Below are positions 60,003 through 64,000 of a stretch of DNA of 64,000 bases, piece by piece. The notes under the pieces are model-generated. The model worked only from the letters and a program-made list of their open reading frames with translations, was not told the origin of the DNA and searched no databases. The stretch comes from Chrysemys picta bellii (lineage: Eukaryota), in assembly GCF_011386835.1 (NCBI RefSeq), contig NC_088799.1:101060001-101124000 (forward strand), given 5' to 3'. Numbering within the stretch: the stretch's first letter is position 1; every line of letters starts with the position of its first letter. The position numbers and the translations under genes are program-made.

Positions 60003-62039
60003 GGAGACTCTATCCTGGGGAGCAGTGACTCTGAACAAGACTTGGGGGTTCCAGTAGATAATCAGCTGAACACAAAGCTCCTGAGGGTGACGCTGAAGAT
60101 TTGCACTGGTTCAAGCACAGCTATTGAGCATGAAGCAGGCGTTAATTCAAGGAAGTCCTATGGCCAGTGTTATGCAGTAGGTCAGACTAAGTGATCACAG
60201 TGCTCCCTTTTAGCCTTAAAAATCTACGACTCTATGGCTCCAGGAAAGCCAGATGTTCAAATACTCTAGTCACTGCTCTCATGTGGCCACACACGCTAGG
60301 GGGGTGACAACAGGCTGATGCAATCCAGGAAAGGACAGCAAGTAAATTAGTTCAGGTTCTAGTCCAGGTAATGGGTGATGGCTCATATCTCCATGAAGTT
60401 TAAAGGCAAGTGTGTTTGGCCTTGTACCCAGGAAGGTTTTGTGCACTGGTTGTGTGGTTTGCAATATAGCAGGTCTAGTCAACTGTAGTTTCAGTGCTTA
60501 CTTTCTGTATATTTATTTAGGTGCCTGTCTGCATGTCCTGCTTCTAATCCTGGGATATGCTTGATAGCATGAATTGTATTTCACCTTCTGATTTGACTGT
60601 TGTACGTTTTGATGTCACCGATATTCAGACATGAATAAATGAATTTACTTACTGATGCTTTGTCTGTTAAAACATCTGTTTGCATGACATTTGTTTTGCC
60701 TTATCACCTTATCCCCAGCCCACGCTTCTGCTTTTGTGGACCACCTGAAGTTATTTACATAAAGCATTTTGTTTTCTCATAGGTCACCTTCTGCCCCTTC
60801 TCAAATAGTGTTGTAATCTAATTCCCTCTGCTATCTCATCTGGCCCTTCTGTGTTAGCCTTACCTACGCGGATATGTTTTTTAGAGGTCTGAAGCCGTAA
60901 GATATCAAGCAGGAACCCTTGCAACCATTTCCAGAGGCTCAAATATTAAAATAAATGATCACGGCAAAATGCTTTGACCAAGAAGGTGTCTCTGATGCTA
61001 CCCTTTCTGCTACTGCTTTTTATGGAGACTCAATTATCAGATCAGATTTTTCAGTGTCGTGGTTTGGTTTTTGTGTGTGTGTTTGGATGGCTTCATGCAC
61101 AGGTTTTTGCACTCTAAGCACGTAAATAGCATTGCCCATAATAAATAACTCACGATGTTTAACACCGTGTCATCCCAAGGGTTAGGTTAGCTCCTTGCGA
61201 GCTTGACATTCAAGGATCACAAAGCTTCACCATAACAACAACACATGAACAATCAAATTATATTTTGACAGGTCATCCTGCAAAACAATTAGGCAGGATT
61301 AGATATATCTGATCCTGCTGCTCTGTGCGCTGCATGGGAGATATCGGCAGGAATACTTTAAAATGAATACTGTCTTCAAGACCAGGATTTCAGGTGGCGT
61401 AAAATGGCTTAGCTCCATTGGCTTCAGCGGCTCTAGGCTGGTTTACTTCGGCTGAGGCTCTGACCCTTCACATTTTGTTTGGCTTCTTTTTGCCACTGAA
61501 AAATCATTCGAAAAGTCCACTTAGTTTCAGCAGCAACGATTGTACCAAATGCACGTGACATTTAGAGCTGGGAGAATTCGGCAAATGATTTTCCTGAACC
61601 ATTCTGCTGGATTTGTAACAGAATTTGCCTCGAGCTTGCTCACACTCGTCTGATAGTTTTGCTTTTCCTGAATATTATTTCAGGCCTTGGCCTGATTCTC
61701 CACTGTCTTGCCTCTCGGGTGGACCTTCACACCTGGGCCCGGTGAAGATAAAATATTGCTTATCTGCCTTGGGAGCAACCTTTTACTGCACTTGGCAGTG
61801 GTATAAAAGATGACGTGCTGCAAGTCACTGGACAAGCCTGGATGCAGGAGCAACAGATACTCGGATGATATGGGCCATGAATGTATCTGGATAGATGGAA
61901 ACAGATGTGTCAGGTCTCCTCCTTGCACCAGCAAGTTCTTTCTGGGAGAATAAAGCCAAAAAGTCATGTTCCTAACGCTGACAATGGTCACTTTTAGAGC
62001 AGGAGGTTGTTAAAGGCATTAATTAGGATCAAAGAGGCT

Positions 62040-62247
62040 GTCCCCACAGTGAGGGTACTTAACCACTGGAACAACTTACCAAGGGTTGTGGTGGATTCTC
62101 CATCACTGGTTATTTTTAAATCAAGGTTTGATCTCCTCCAGGTCAAACAGGAAGAGAATTCATGGACGTTTCATGGTCTGGGTTATATAGGAGGGCAGAC
62201 TAGATCATCATAGTGGTCTCTTCGTGGACTTGTAACCTATGAATCTG
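62040..62247 (+). mobile_element. CR1 3' end
   Basis: 'acagtgagggtacttaaccactggaacaacttaccaagggttgtggtggattctccatcact...ggagggcagactagatcatcatagtggtc...aacctatgaatct'. Confidence 0.85.
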
Positions 62248-62963
62248 TCTTTATTTAATATCTGGATGAATTGTTGATCCCACAACACTCCAGCTTGTAT
62301 CCTTATATAGAGGTCTAATTTTGTTTCTGAAATAGTCAAACATATACACTAGTTTCAGGATAAAATGCTTCATGAGAAAATCACAGACATACCCATACAC
62401 ACAGTGTTCCCATGATCTCTCTCATCAGATCTTTGCTGGATTGCTGTGTGTCATTTAAAATAAAATGTTCTAGTGTTCTTTGCAATCACTGTCTGTATAC
62501 TATTACAAAGGCTTTGTTGATTAAGAAGGCAGAATGCATTATTTAAAATGGCCCAAATAATTTCCCATTAAGATAGAGGTCATTTAGCATAATGGTACTT
62601 AGCACTTATATAGCAGTTTTCCTCTTCTAAGTACTTTAGAAATGTTAATTAATCTAGGAGAATCCTTCTATTAAAAGAAACACCCAACTTTAAAAGAACA
62701 TTAAGGTCACAAAGTAAAACACATAGAATGTAAAGTTTCCATTGCCTTTCCCTGAGGGGCTGGAGCAGTTCGAGAAACGATTGCAACCAAAGTCACTTGG
62801 GAGAAAACCTGCATTTTCCCCTATGTTTTCTGTGCTTAAAAATGGTCCAACTATTTGTCATGAAATTTTAAAATTTCCCTGTGACTTAGAAAAACTGTAC
62901 TAAATTTCAGCCGTAGAGGGTCAAACTTTGAGAAAGTTAGGAGCATCTGAAAATGAGCCCTTT

Positions 62964-63002
62964 TGACCTCCTGAGGTCCCTTCCAACCCTGATATTCTAT
63001 GA
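62964..63002 (+). mobile_element. Extreme CR1 3'-terminal stub (about 40 bp)
   Basis: 'tgacctcctgaggtcccttccaaccctgatattctatga' is the CR1 terminal hairpin plus ATTCTRTG repeat. Confidence 0.7.
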
Positions 63003-63842
63003 TAATGGAAATGATTAGCCATCCTGTTCTAGAGGGGGCAATATACCTACCAGCTCTGAAAAAATAATAATCAAGTGACACAGTGAGAGGAGTCAGAGCA
63101 ATACCTTTAATTGCTTCCAAAATGGAGATCCTGTTCTACCTGGTAAATGCCAGGTTCAAAGATATTCTGTGCAAGTTCTCTTGCTCTTTAAAATAAAGGT
63201 TAGTTTAAGCTTATCAAGAAAATTAATTGCCATTTCAGCTGTAACATGGAAAAAATGCTTTCACTCTATCCTGAAGACAGCTGTGTAGCTATAACTCTCC
63301 TTCTGGATACACGAACAGCTTCTTTGCCAGGATAATAATTACCTCTGCATCTGTCTTGTTTCTTCTTTCGACTCGGAGAGAATTGAAAGCCCTGACAAAG
63401 TTTACAAATCAGAAAGCACAAGAGACTTCCCCCCTAAGTGTGGACATTTATGTTCTAAACCTCACAGTATTCGACCTCCTTTTAGCCTCAGAAATAGAGT
63501 CCAACGTGGATATGGTTTTAGTGTTTTGACCAGACACAATTCCCACCCTTTTTCAGAGCCCCCTTCACACCTCTGAACCAGATGGCACTACCTGTACAGT
63601 GCTGTGTGCTCCAGCTGGAAACAGTGAGCGCATTGCAGTCCTTGCTGTGATTCCTTCTTCAATTCCCCGGGGAACTGGAGGCCAACCCTGCCTCAGGTCT
63701 CTGCATATGGCTCCCGGTGAAACCAGCAGAAATGCAAGCATACAAATGAGAAGAGAATGTGCCTCATAGAAACATTCCCAAACTTCCTGGGAAATTTACT
63801 TACCATACATGACGGGGAATCCTCAGTAGAAGAGCTTTCTTA

Positions 63843-63960
63843 GGTCTTGTCTACACCCAAACTTGCTCCAGTTCAATTAAACCAGTACTAACACTGGACC
63901 CTCTAATTTTGGTTCAAACCAGTTCCCAATCGATTTAAGATTGAAACACGGAATTGTGTG
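63843..63960. mobile_element. Harbinger-type MITE, left end only
   Basis: TTA followed by ggtcttgtctacac, identical to the left TIR at 55785. No convincing right TIR. Confidence 0.4.
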
Positions 63961-64000
63961 GCCAGAAGGAAGGGAAAGGAACCCACTTATGTCTGTTCTC

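Larger units (their letters stand above)
59310..60235 (+). mobile_element. Internally deleted CR1 ORF2/3' end carrying two nested hAT MITEs
   Basis: 'attaaatggattgaaaacc...tctcaaaatgtaatt...ggggttccacaggg', 'atgtaaggtcatagatctaggaac...ggccatacttacaggatggg', 'atcctggggagcagtgactctgaa...gataatcagctgaaca', and the 3' end 'aggtcagactaagtgatcac...tagccttaaaaatctacgactctatg'. Confidence 0.8.

Noticed and set aside
59583-60057. Four overlapping ORFs and a regularly spaced repeat that superficially resembles a CRISPR array
   Set aside because: The repeats are internal to a hAT MITE, have no unique spacers and no cas genes, and the DNA is eukaryotic.

Overview
This is vertebrate genomic DNA, most likely from a turtle. 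That call rests on my recognition of the repeat families: CR1 3' ends, GTCTACAC-type Harbinger-like MITEs, GC-rich hAT MITEs and a Penelope tail. The window is mostly non-coding and rich in repeats; there are no prokaryotic features, no CRISPR array and no true tRNA or rRNA gene. Nearly all ORFs in the supplied track are spurious or decayed CR1/L2 fragments. The best cellular coding candidate is a minus-strand terminal exon (1248-1630) of a gene I cannot name. Many insertions could be delimited to the base: five solo LTRs with 5-bp target-site duplications (TSDs), six hAT MITEs with 8-bp TSDs, three Harbinger-type MITEs with 3-bp TSDs, and a 5'-truncated Penelope-like element with a 12-bp TSD. 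Several of these are nested and give a relative insertion order. The most interesting element is a minimal, variant type-I hammerhead ribozyme motif (30227-30266) inside the Penelope fragment. It belongs to a known class, but this copy has a non-canonical core. Weaker leads are a phase-compatible four-exon model on the minus strand, exon-like blocks on the plus strand (possible spliced lncRNA), and unique CpG- or TAAT-rich blocks that may be enhancers. All coordinates and counts were made by hand, and family names were not checked against any database.
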